From Mobula hypostoma (Eukaryota): DNA of 64,000 nt. How positions within the stretch are numbered: position 1 is the first letter of the stretch; each line of letters starts with the position of its first letter. A program made the translations under genes and the position numbers. The stretch lies in assembly GCF_963921235.1 (NCBI RefSeq), contig NC_086097.1, forward strand, positions 200,944,001 to 201,008,000, written 5' to 3'. The notes below the pieces were generated by a model. The model saw only the letters and a program-made list of their open reading frames with translations. It was not told the origin of the DNA and did no database searches. Positions 23,119-36,479 of this stretch are shown piece after piece.

Positions 23119-25650
23119 GTTCTACCTGCCTGTCAAAGCAACAACAGCTTCCATGACTTTTTAGGAGCCACAATCAGAAGGTTCCAGCCATCCTGGGATT
23201 ACACAAAGGCTGGCAAAGTAAGTGGATTTTTCATGCATTCTAAGAATGTAGATAACGCTTAAACAACCATCTTTCATTGAACTCTTTAAAACCTTGCAAC
23301 TTTTCTAGTGAGCTGAACCTGAGGTCTTTTATGCTGCAGGTACTGGGATCCGATTGGCTCCTGCTTTGGTCTACCTCTTGTTTTATGTGTATCAATCAGA
23401 GACTGAATGACACAATTTGGGATGTTCATACGCTTAGCTGAGGCATTTCTCACACAAAGTCTGAAGTCATGTGCACACATACAGCTTTGGGAATGTCTTT
23501 AGGCTGGTGACCTGGAATTCTCTCCCATGCTTCTAGCACCACAAGTACTGAGGTATGCTCAGTCAAATTTCTGAAAATTTGCTGGTATGATTTTGAATAT
23601 ACTCTCTCTATGAAAACAGTCTAGGTTAACTTAAAGCACAATACCCTCAAGAGAAATGGAAGGAAATGGGAAACATTAGCTTATTGTACAGCATTGAAAA
23701 TTCAGCCTTTGCATGCACTAAATATCACATATGTATGTGTGTCTAATATTGGTTCTGAAATTTGTTACCTTTAACGGCAGTGGAACTGACTTAGGACATG
23801 AAATCCAGTGAACATATGCTATTGCTTTGTCTGTGAATTTTTCTGTTCCTTTCAATTGAATTAAAAGTTTGGCATTAATATGGCATCTTTCACATTTGTC
23901 AATGACAATGTAGTAGCTTCTAGGAAATTACAACTCTTTAGAATTTGAATTTTCTTCCAACCAGCTCTCAGTTCCTTTTGAAAATAGTGTGATGATAACA
24001 AACAATTCAGCTGATCATGTACAGTACCTATTCTCAAGTACTGAATAATAACAAACTTCTTTTGGATTTTTACTAAGCCTGATAAATCACTTCTTCCTGT
24101 TTTATTTTAAAATTGACTCCTCAAAAACCACGTACCCTCTTGGTTTGCTGGCATTTAGCATTTATATCAGCAACAGAGAATGGATTTTTTTTTTAATCAC
24201 ACTTGATGTAATTACCTTTTACCAGACTTTTAAAATATATTGCAAACTATCACACAAGACATTAAGTGGATTAAACCTGAGTACATTTAACTAAAAATTT
24301 CCTCATTGTGAGTCCAGTTGAATAACTTCAAAAACTTTTGGATTAGGACTGGAAATAGTTTATTGTTGATAGCAGCAGATTTTTACCAGCTAATGGTCAC
24401 AAACATATCACTGGGACACATAATACAGTGAGATACTGTTTGTCATAAATGATGTGAGTACGTTCTCCCCATAGAAGCCCTTAAATAACTTCAGGAAGGG
24501 ATGATGTAGGGTTGCTGATGATTAAGGGTTAATGTGACTAGGAATTCTACTTGACTTTAATGAGGTGGACAACTAATAGAGAGTACTGCTGAACTTCCTG
24601 CTGTTTGTTCTGACAGGATCTCTTGGACAACTAAAGCGCTGATGTTCAGGATTATCAGAAGCTGTTGAAAACAATCCCAGACTCCAGGCAGTTTCCCCCT
24701 GCAGATCCCAGTAATGACCCAGCCTGCTGTATTTCAGGATACAGGGCTCATCTAATAGAAACTGAGCCTGTTGTGGAAAGTTGACTTAGCTCGAACTTTG
24801 AAAGAATTTTAGGTGAAAGTGCAAAATGCATCCATGCATTAAGACTTCAATGGATATAAAAAATGAAAAATTTGAATATTGGACAAATGAATTGATATTG
24901 CACACTTTATACTAAAATTACCCATTATATGTGTCACTGTGAACCAATGTAACACCAAAGAGATCACAAGGGGGAAAATCACTAAATGGTGTTGCATTAA
25001 TTGGTGACTGTAGGCTTCTGCCTTTGCTGAAAGGCATATATCATAAATACCTTGTGTGTAGCATAGTGAGCAACTTACGCCATCATAAAAATGAAGAATT
25101 TGCCTCCATGCTCCTAAAGCAAAATGGACCAAGACTGTATCCCATTCAATGGTTCCAGTGGTTTGATCTGATATCATGGAGACTTTATCATCTTTATCAT
25201 CTAAACAATGGAAATTAAAATGGTTAGCTTCTAAAAAGAGCTTAGATCTTGATATCCATCAGATGTGATGCATTAGCAGCAGCAAAAGATTTGTATTTCA
25301 CCATAATCTGTGAACTCTTAATCCAGCATATGACTCAATCAACTATTTCTGTACCAGCAGTGAATCAGGGCAGACTCAATGAGTAATGTAGGAGGACTTG
25401 CAATGAGCAGCACCAGCCCCTATGAATGGGGTGAAGCTACAACACAGAACAACATTTCTGTTAAGTTGTAATAGCAGAATCTACAGTGAATGGATTAAAT
25501 CAGATAAACAGTTACAAGGAAGAGGAGGCTCCATGAACATTTCCATTATCAACTATTCCAGACTATAGAAAGTGTCAAAAAACAAGACATTAATAAACAT
25601 CTACAGTCAGAAGCACCACACAAATAACCCAAGTTGCATCCTTCTGAGGT

Positions 25651-28469
25651 TTAGTGAACTTGTGGCACAGATCAGTATCAAAGCAGATGACTTAGTGGCC
25701 ATTAAAGAAACCTGGTTGCAAGGTGGAGATGACTGGGAATTAAATATTTAAGGGTATCAGGTAATACGGAAAGATAGGCAGGAAGGCAGAGGAGGTGGGG
25801 TAGTGCTCTTGATTAGGGTTGAGGTCAGGGCGATTGTGAGAGATGATATAAGATCTACTGAGCAGAATGTTGAGGCCACCTGGGTAGAGATTAAAGAGAA
25901 AATATCACTGGTGGGTGTTGTCTGTAGGCCACCTAGTAAAAATATTGCAATAGCAGAAGTGATTAACCAAGAAATAACTGAGGCTTGTAAGAACGGAACG
26001 GCAGTTGTCATGGGGGATTTTAACTTCCACATAGATTGGGTGAATCAGGTTCGTCAAGGAAGTCTTGAGGAGGACTTCACAGAATACATCCATGATGGCT
26101 TTCTTGAGCAGCATGATAGTGAACCCACAAGGGAAAATATTATATTAGATCTAGTTCTGTGCAATCAGACAGGTAAGATTAATGACCTTGTAGTCAGGGA
26201 TCCTCTTGGAAAGAGTGATCATAGTATGATTGAATATTGCATTCATTTGGAGGATGAAATAGTTAGATCTAAAACTAGTGTATTATGCTTGAACAAGGGA
26301 GACTACATCAGGATGAAGGAGGAGTTGGCTAATGTGGATTGGGAGCACAGGCTATTTGGTAGGACAGTTGAAGAACAGTGGAATACTTTCAAAGAGATTT
26401 TTCACTGTGCTCAACAAAAATATATTCCAGTTAAAAGTAAGGACAGTAAATGTAGGGAGAGCCAGCCTTGGATAACCAAGGAAATAAAATATAGTATCAA
26501 ATTAAAAGCTTATGTGTACAAAGTCGCAAAGAATAGTGGGAGACTGGAGGATTGGAAAAACTTTAAAAAGCAACAGAGAACAACTAAACGAGAAATAAGG
26601 AAAGGGAAGATGGAGTATGAAAGTAAATTAACACAAAATGTAAAAACAGATAGCAGAAGTTTTTATAAATATATAAAGCGGAAGAGGGTGGCTCAAGTCA
26701 ACGTAGGTCCCTTGGAAGACGATAAGGGGAAATTGATATTGGGTGATAAGGAAATGGCTGAAGCATTGTGTTGGTCTTCACAGTGGAGGACACGTCTAAT
26801 ATGCCAAAGAAGGACGTTATGGACGAAATGGGAGATGAGGACCTCGATAAAATCACTGTCACTAAAGAGATAGTGATGGGTAAATGAGAGGGCCTGAAGG
26901 TAGATAAGTCCCCTGGTGCTGAAGGAATTGATGGAGGTTATAGTAGATGCGTTGGTAATTATTTACCAAAAATCTCTAGACTCTGGGCAGGTCCTGGCAG
27001 ATTGGAAGACAGCAAATGTCACACCACTTTTTAAAAAAGGATGTAGGCAAAAGACGGGCAACTATAAGCCAGTTAGCTTAACATCTGTAATCAGGAAAAT
27101 GCTTGAAGCTGTCATTAAGGAAGAAATAGCAGAACATTTAGAAAGGAGTGGTTCCATTAGACAGACACAGCATGGATTCAGACAGGGGAGGTCCTGTTTG
27201 ACAAACTTTCTGGAGTTCTTTGAGGACATAATGAGTACAGTGGATAGAGGGGAACAGTTGGATGTCATATACTTGGATTTCCAGAAGGCGTTCGATAAGG
27301 TGCCGCACAAGAGACTTATAAATAAGGTACGGATGCACGGAGTTAGAGGAAGTGTATTGGCTTGGATAGTGGATTGGTTAACCAATAGAAGGCAGAGAGT
27401 TGGTATAAATGGGTGTTTCTCGGGTAGGCAGTCAGTGGTGAGTAGGGTGCCACAGGGGTCAGTGATGGGCCCACAGCTGTTTACCATTTACATTGATCGA
27501 TTTGGAAGAGGGGACTGAGTGTAGCGTAGCAAAATTTGCTCATGACACTAAACTGAGTGGAAAAGCAAATTGTACAGAGGATGTGGAGAGTCTGTAGAGG
27601 GATATAGATAGGTTAATTGAGTGGGCGAAGGTCTGGCAGATGGAATACAACATTGGTAAATGCGAGATTATCCACTTTGGAAGGAATAATAGAAGAGCAG
27701 ATTATTCTATAAATGGTGAAAGATTGCAGCATGCTGTTGTGCAGAGGGAGTTCGGAGTGCTTGTTGATGAATCGCAAAAGGTTGGCTTGCAGGTACAACA
27801 GGTTATTAAGAAGGCAAACGGAATGTTGGCCTTCATTGCTAGAGAGATTGAGTTCAAGAGCAGGGAGGTCATGCTGCAACTATACAGGGTACTGGTGAGA
27901 CTGCACCTGGAGTACTGTGTGCAGTTCTGGTCTCCATACTTGAGGAATGATATACTGGCTTTGGAGGCAGTGCAGAGGAGGTTTACCAGATTGATTCCAG
28001 GGATGAAGGTGTTAACCTATGAGGACAGATTGAGTCACTTGGGACTATACTCTCTAGAGTTCAGAAGAATGAGAGGGGATCTTATAGAAACATACAAAAT
28101 TTTGAAAGGGATTGATAAGATAGAAGTAGGAAAGCTGTTTCCATTGGTAGGTGAGACTAGAACTAGGGGATATTGCCTCAAGATTCAGGGGAGAAGATTT
28201 AGGACAGAGATAAGGAGAAACTGTTTTTCCCAGGGAGTGGTGGATCTATGGAATTCTCTGCCCAGGGAGGCAGTTGAGGCTTCTTCACTAAATATATTTA
28301 AGAAACAGTTAGATAGGTTTTTACATAGTAGGGGAATTAAGGGTTATGGAGAAAAGGCAGGTAGATGGAGCTGAGTTTACAGACAGATCAGCCATGATCT
28401 TATTGAATGGCGGGGCAGGCTGGACGGGCCAGATGGCCTACTCCTGCTCCTATTCCTTATGTTCTTATG
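25651..28469 (+). mobile_element. 5'-truncated CR1 LINE, ORF2 (APE + RT) with stops and frameshifts
   Basis: ORFs 25803-26873 (MGDFNF, SDHSMI), 26916-27518 (YLDFQKAFDKV) and 27640-28374. Tail ttatgttcttatg. Confidence 0.95.
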
Positions 28470-29432
28470 AGATCCCACTACCTTAGAAGCCAACCTTGGC
28501 CCAACTTAATTCAATCCATGTGATGTCAGGAACTTGATTTTGTCTACGTTCTATTATATAGCTGAGGGAAATAAAACAGCAGAACAAGTCTATGTCTAGG
28601 ACTCAACACTGAAGACTTTACCACCATACCTCCCAACGATAAAGTAGGCAAAGATTGTGTCACATTAAATAGCTCCATGATGTGGAGCTGATATGGTTTA
28701 ACTTGGGAAAAACACCACTTATCAAATGGGCATCTCTAGAAATAGCTCTAGCCAAGCAGTTCCAGAAGGGTAACAGCATTGATATTCAATCCACAATGTG
28801 GAAAATTGCCCATATATACCGAGCCACAAAACAGGAGATTCAGTTAATTATATCATTATCTCTTTCTTTAGAGAAGTGATGGAAATTGTTATCAGCTGTG
28901 CTATCAAGTGACATTTCCTCACCAATAATCTGATTGCTTTTTCAGAATGGCTTAGCTGCAAACCTCATTGCTGCCTTGATCCAAATGTAGACAAAATAGC
29001 TGGATTTCAGGGGTGAGGTGAGAGTGATTGCCCTTGATATCAAGGCAGTATTTGACCAAATGTAGCATCTACAGGCTCCAATAAATCAAAGTCAATGGAT
29101 ACGAGGGAAAATCACACCTCTTAAAGAAGATGTCTGTGGTTGTTGAAGGGCAGTGGTCTGAGTCACAGGAATTCTTTCGGGCGATGTTTCTGCTCCACCA
29201 CCCTTACTCGTCAATACCCTTCCAGCTCAAGAAAAGAAACTGGACTCTTTATTGTCCAATGTTCAATTATGCCTCAGAAAATGAACCATTCGTGCCTGCA
29301 TGTAGCAGGCCATAGCTGACATTTAAGAATAGGCTGAAAAGTGGCATGCAAAACGTATTCCACAGGTACCACAAAGCCCCAGACAATGAATATCTCCAAC
29401 AAAAATAAATCAAACTGTCTACTTGTGACATT

Positions 29433-30292
29433 TGTGACAGGGTCCTGAATTACCCCTATGAACTGTGCTTTTGAAAGAGAGAGAGAGAGGTGCCCAACAC
29501 AAACACCTTATTAAAAAGAGAAAGTTCTTTAACACCGACATTTTGTTTTTAAGAGAGAGAGAGAGACGAAGATAGCTTTGGATGATGTTATGGGTTTTCT
29601 GCAGCATGTTTACATTTCTACAAGGACGCTGCCTGCTTGAAAATTTTTACAGACAGAGAAGGGAGGAGCTGTTTGAGTGACAGCTAGTATTCGGCACGGG
29701 GAAATAAATAGAAGGTCAGATGATAAACGGACAGATGTATGGTTTTGGACGCTGAATGAGCTTTGTTGTGCCCGCAGAAAAAGTGGGTTTCGGAGGATCG
29801 ATCAGGCGGATCGATCAGTGGCTCTCACAGTGTGAAAAGGGAGTGACCGGTGGGGAGTTATTCGTGTTTGCAACCCTCGCCTGGGTTGATAATTCAACCA
29901 CAGAAGAACGGTCCCCATTGATGTGGTCACAGTCAGTGACTTCTAAAGGATGTCGGAGGACAATGGGAAGATTGATGGCATCAGCTCACCTGAAGACTCT
30001 AATCTCTCCCTCTCTCTCTCTCCCTCCATCACTACTCAACTCAATACCATGAACTGAACTGAACTTTACTCATCATTGTAAGACTATCTATTTACCCCAG
30101 ACTTGAAGAAGCTTAGTTTTCATATATTTCCACACTTACTTACATATAATCATTGCTAATCTGTTTGATTTATCTGCATTTATATTACTGTATTGCGTAG
30201 TTACTAATAATTACTATTAGTTAATAGCATTACTGAACTCCAATTGTTTTCCATTTCTGCTGGTTCTTTAACTCGACACGGGGTATGTGACA
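29433..30292 (+). mobile_element. solo LTR (860 bp), probably Gypsy type
   Basis: TG...CA termini. 4-bp flanks catt and cgtt differ by one CpG-type change. The 3' part is similar to 56570-57432. Confidence 0.8.
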
Positions 30293-32830
30293 CGTTCAAT
30301 GTTATTACCATCACTGAGCGCCCCGTTCCCAAGCATCAATATCCCGATCATGCCAGATGTAACCTGATCTGTTGAGAATTTCCGACATTGACAGATTTTG
30401 TTTTAAATTTTCAGTGTCTACAATTTCTCTTTTTTTTCATTAACTTCCTGAGGATTAGCAATCATCAAAATCGTAAATGTACCAATCACATACACATATT
30501 CCACTGCAAGAGCAGGCCCAAAGGACAAGTTGGGAAAGTAATGACGTACTCTCCCCATGCCTGAATGAGGGAAGATGCAACAACAACCAAGAACATGACT
30601 GCAGTCAGGATGACTGGCCTAATCCCGAATATCCTCTTTCTCCTCCAGTAACATATCGTAGCTATAGTAGGTACTATATACAAATTCTGCGCCATTATTC
30701 ACCAAAACTACTTTCTTGGCACCTCTTAAAACTCCTGACCCAGAACTCTTTTGTAGAATTGTGTCATGAAACTGCAAGAGAGAAGACATTTCTCCACCAC
30801 TGACTCAAGGGCAATTGGGGACGTGTTATAAAAACTGGACTTTACTTCCAGTAAAACAGATAAAATCTAGATAATGGTACACACTTGCAACCATTAGATC
30901 CAGAAAAGACAATGGGGATGTGAGTGTATGATGATTTTCAGTAAGGGTACAGGGCACTGACTTGGAATTGACTGTACTTGCAGGTTAGGAGGGAAATCCC
31001 TTCAAGAAGAAACATTCCTAAAACTGGACCTTAGCTGTACAGATAATTAAATGAAGGATTGCAAGCATAACATTTTTACTCACAGGCCTTCATTTAATTG
31101 TTTTAATTGTACTGATTGGTTAAATTGGTCTCCTGCATTTTAACGTATGATTGACATGATCCTTTTAATATAATGCCACAGTTTAAAAATTATTAGAATA
31201 ATCGCAACTTCTAACGAGAAAAAGTAGATCAGCTTTCACACTGTAGAATGTTTTAAATAATATATTGGGTACTTTTAACTCAGTTTTTGGGGTTGTAAGA
31301 CCATTTCTTTGGTTGGTTCATCTATTTTATCAAGTTATAAGATCAATAATTGCTTCAACTACTTTCCAGTTTTGCTTATTGCATTCAGATTGTTAAAAAT
31401 AAATAATTAGCCAGAAGATGCATGCCATGGATCAGTGGCTTAAAGAAAAACAACCATTAAGTGGAACCAGCTACATAACTCATGATCACTGAAGGTGTAA
31501 GTCATGCTGCCCTTGACTGGATTTATACAGGGGTGAAATTGAAGTTCATTGCTTCCATCTTCTCACAGGAAAATGAGTGAAAATAAATCCAATTTAGCAG
31601 GATAATTTCCCTCAAACAAATATGATTGTCAGAAGCACCTGTTCAGGTGATCATATTGTTTATGGTTCTGTAGTAGCATCCCATAAAGCTGCCGAAGATA
31701 TCTGTTAGAACCATTGAATGTGCTAAGTAGGAGAAATACCTGTTTTACAAACTAAAACAGAGATAGTTTTACACTCAACACGGCAGGTTTTGAACCGAGA
31801 CTGTTGTATACAGGATTCCAAGAGCTCTCTTCGGATGCCTAGTAAATTTCTACAGTTCACTTACTGTATAATTTATGGTCTGACTACCACAACTGAATGG
31901 GCCTTGGTCCTACCTGTTCTCACAGAGATACTATAGTTGGTGCCAGAAATTCTCTGTATTCCAGTGTCCGAGCACAATCATTTACCATTCACACTCAATA
32001 TGATATAACTAAAGTTTCATAGAAATTTAGTATTGCCTTCCAATGTTGGTATTATGAAAATGATCAACAGTTTTGTTTATTTAGTGTTAATTGGGGGGTA
32101 ATTTATCATAAATCACCAGTCCCCGAGTTCCATCCTTGTCTATGAGATTTCTGTAAAGTCTAACTCAGAGAGATGTTTAATGAAAGCTGTCAAACTTCTG
32201 AAACTCAGAAAGAAAATTGTTCAGTAAATTGTCTCTTTATCATGGAGTCACTTTACTACAGAACAAGAATGAAGAGTACAATGGGGTAAGAAGCTCCGCA
32301 CAAACCATGCACTTCTATTTATTCTCCAGTCTTATCATCCATGCTCAGAGAATATGCAAAAGTGTGCATGACAGAAATGAGAAAATATCATAAGCCTCTT
32401 GGAAATGCCAATTATCATGGGTATCCCTCAACATCTTTCTTCTATGTTATTGAATACAATAAAAACAAGGCAAACTGCTTTAGGACCAATCACTTGTCAG
32501 GACTTTTGCATACAAGAAGAATTTGTAAGAGATTATTTATTGCTGCTACACAAATTATGTCAATAATTCTGCCTTTGCCTGTTTTGCACATGCAACATAA
32601 GGTTTATTTTGACAGTTATCATTATAAACCTGTGAAATTTTAATTCAGTTTTTATATTCCATTATGTGGTGCTTCATTTACTTTTTACTCATGGAGATAA
32701 AATAAGTTCAAGTTAACTTGCAGGCATAATAAAAAAAAAGTGAATAGAAGGACCAGAACAGCAGTTCAACATAGCCTCAGTGATAACATCATGTGCTGCA
32801 AGGAACTTACTCACTTTATGTCTTTCTTAG

Positions 32831-32863
32831 TGGTTGAAACAGATATTTTCTACAAAAAAAAAG
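32831..32863 (+). CDS. candidate 33-nt symmetric micro-exon
   Basis: Acceptor tgtctttcttag|T and donor AAG|gtatgt. Phase-1 reading xVETDIFYKKK. Confidence 0.3.
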
Positions 32864-35800
32864 GTATGTTGTTTAATTAATTTGACTTAATGTATACCAA
32901 ATACAAGATAATATTTTAAAAAAGAGTACACAAAAATCATTGGAGGAGGATTCATTTGAAATGCCAATTGCTAGCTTGCCAATACCAATGTATTATAATA
33001 TTTTATTTAGACTATTTTTAGTGAGTATATCCAAAATAGGTCATAATTGCAAAAATTGAATGTGGCATTTTCATTTTAATTCTCTGCATTAAGAACAAAA
33101 TTACAGAGATTAAATGGTCATGAAAAGTTATATAACTGTTTGAAAACTGGTGTATTTTGTTTACAAAAGTAGCTTACAACATCTCAATATTGAAGCAATC
33201 AAATATCAGAGGACTTCTCAATCCACGCATAGGCAAAAAGTGTTAAATATGGTCAGCTTGGTTTGGTTGTTATATGCAGTTTACTAAGGTTTGGATCAAT
33301 GCCCGACAGATGTTGTAATCATTTTATATGACCTGCCAGAGCTAACCACACTAAATTAACCACTTATTGACTCAGCTATGGATCCAATTTTGTGAATGGT
33401 TATCACTTATTAAGGCCAAACTCCTTTTAAATCAACTTACAAATCTTAAAGGAAGGTTTGTTATGGGTGTCGGATGCCCTGTCAAGCATTTTACCATAAA
33501 CCTGACTTGTAGAGTGTTCATGAATGACAAGACAGGAGAAAGATGACAGGACTTAAAATGCAGTCGTTACCTTGGTTTGCAGGAAATGGAAAGGAGGAGA
33601 GATGTTTAGTTTATAAATTGGATCATCTTATAGTTTGGGAATCAATGCCACTCACAACAATGTGGCTACATTTAAATTGCTCAGGCTTCACAATATCTGC
33701 CTCAGGCAACTTGATTCGTGCTCTTGTCATGACAATCTCTGCCCTAATATTTGAGGTCTGTATCTACATATTTTTACGCCTGAATACAAAGTGAGTGCTG
33801 GAAAAAGGACAAGCATGTCAAACTCACAAGTGGTGTACAGTACAATAATTTGTGAAAGTTTAATCACACGCTATTCCATAATGTTCTATCATTTTAGTTC
33901 ACGTTTGTTTGTCGTTTAGGTTAAATTATATCAGCTATAAATCTTTCATTCATATTACAACACAAGCAAATGTTAAATCCGTTATACATATTTGTTAAAA
34001 ATGGAGATATGTGTAGAAATGACTGCATAGAGGTGATCAGAAACTTTAAATCAAACCATTAGTGGAGATAGGTGACCTATGCCATCAATTCCATTATTTT
34101 GTAAATTATTTTCTTCTGCTTCATTAACTTCGCTATGCTACACAGCAACCTCTAACTGATAGAACAGTTAAGAAATCTCTTCCTCCAGCCCTTCCAATAA
34201 CACTCTTCAACCAGCTACTAAAAGGTCACTGGTTGGCTCTTCCTATAGTTTCTTCTTCATCGTATGAAGTGTACCTCACCTGGCCAGATCTCTCCCAATT
34301 TAGATTAATATCTTAATGCAGAAAGTAACCATGTTGATGTACTCTGAGGTGCAATAAGTTTGTACTGCACCAATGGACCGCCTAACTTGCTTCTAGCTTT
34401 AAGAGATATTAATGTTTAGTAAAGCAATTCTACTTAGTGATGGTATCATTAGCCCATGTACACAGAGCATGCTGGTTGGCTGAGTCTGAATTTATGAAAT
34501 TGACAAGTTGGCTTTTTATAAAGGGAAATTGCAGCTTCAAGTGCTAATTATCAATAAACAGCAGTAATTACTAGGCTTGAAAGCTTGTGTGCATTTTATG
34601 AGTAATACATTCCCTAATACCCAAATGCCTTCAAAGAATCATATTTGAATAATTATAAAGCATTAATTAAGAGCAAAAGCTATAGCATTTCCTTTTAGAA
34701 TGATCTGTCTTCATACTTCAGGTATAGTCTGACACACTCTGCAAACTACACATAAATGGGCCATTTATAAATAGATTGTTCCAGAATGACTTTTGAAAGG
34801 AAAGTGACAATATGACCATGATAACTTTCAAATGAGAGACTTGCAACAAAAATTCAGAGAACAAAGTACTTTTACACATGGGGATTCAATATGGTCAGTC
34901 GAAAGATTGGAAGTGAGGAACTGTAAATTCCAATTAATAATCTGACATTCAATTAATAATCTGACATTTTTGATATAATTTTCAACTTCTCCACAAATTG
35001 GAAAGTATTTTCTCATATGTTTTGTGGTAAAAAGATTTAACTTTGAGTGGCTTTGGAAAGCTTGAAGAAAGCATAAAGATTGGGATTGGTGTAAAAAGAA
35101 ACAAATTGTCCCGGAATCAAGAATTGAATTTAACAGCCAACCTTCAAATCTCTTTGATTGTAATGCACAAAAGTTAACTACGCAAATAGCTATTGTCCTT
35201 CAGGAGGAAAATATCATCCCAGGATTTGAATCATGCTAATCATCAGAAATGTATTCTTCTTATTAATAGAGCTGTCAGCCATCTCATGCTTTTTGTTCAT
35301 ACATCTTTGCATTCTGATTTGGGGTTCTCATGAAAATATTCATGAATATGAATGCTCTGTGCAAGAGACACTGTGAAAGTACTTGTTATGAAATAATATA
35401 TGGATTTTTATGGATAAATAAAACATACATGGTAAATAAGCAGGAAACATAATGAAACACCTTGATTCCGACAAGTGACCCAAAGTAGAGGTATACAAAT
35501 GAACTCCCACTTTTACAGTGAGAACACAGACACAAAATACTCTTTCAGCTGATACTAATAATCTCATCAGAATGCAAAAGCACCAACTGTGTTATAAAAC
35601 CAATGATCTGTTATATTCTACGAGAATTTACTAAAGCATAATGTCATTTCCTATAGATTGAAGACCTTCAAAGAAAACAGGACTAAAAAAATGTTTACAT
35701 CAGCTAAACATAAAGAGGTTTAGTCAAACACTTCTCTAAAAGGATCACACATTTTAGTTAATAGCTACAGTAATCATATACATATTACATTCACTTTGTT

Positions 35801-36479
35801 GGATAATGTAAGACAGACATAAATACATTGCAGAGCAGACACAATTATAATAATTTAAAATAAGGTTATCAGTTCAGGTACAATAAGTTCCAGAGTGCAC
35901 TGAAATTTATTGTACTTTGTGTAAATTGTCAGCTGATAATATTCTTTTGGTTTGTATAATAGTGGGATAAGGACTCTATTAGTAAAAATTATGTACTTTA
36001 GCCAATTCAACAACAAATTCACTTTTCTGAGATAAACTTCCTTTTTGTTGATTTTGACCTCATAATGATTCAATATTCTGCTGCAGATAATTGGGATTAA
36101 ATATGACAACCAAGAAATAATCTTTTAATAGGTACAGTATAAATTTAATAACTAATAAAACACAGAACAATAATGGCACACAATGAGATGATTCTTTCCT
36201 AACAGTTGTCTTAGACATTCACACAGAGGTAAGATTTAACATCAAAGTTTAAATGCAAATATGAAAAGAACTTCTTAAAAAAACTTACTTTTCTGTTCTG
36301 TTCAACAAAATATTGTAAAGGATTTAGTGTCCAATAAATTTAACAGTTTTGCACAACTTTAATTTGGGATCATGATGCAATAATACACATGGAAAGTGAG
36401 GAGCATGAATTAAAATGCAAATTTATCAAATTTAGAAAATTATGACTAATTTAATAATGTTAGGACAAGACAATAATGA

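Larger units (their letters stand above)
25340..30840 (+). mobile_element. ancient, highly degenerate LINE (RT remnants) hosting a CR1 and a solo LTR
   Basis: Remnants such as gtgattgcccttgatatcaaggcagtatttgac (VIALDIKAVFD, 29025) and tgtggaaaattgccca. The sequence is continuous across the LTR (gacattcaatgttattaccatc). Boundaries are approximate. Confidence 0.6.

Noticed and set aside
24618..24643. Possible terminal exon GSLGQLKR* after gttctgacag
   Set aside because: Acceptor only, with no independent support, and not phase-compatible with the preceding candidate exon.
34931..34968. Perfect 19-bp tandem duplication caattaataatctgacatt
   Set aside because: Only two adjacent units with no spacers, so an ordinary slippage duplication and not CRISPR-like.
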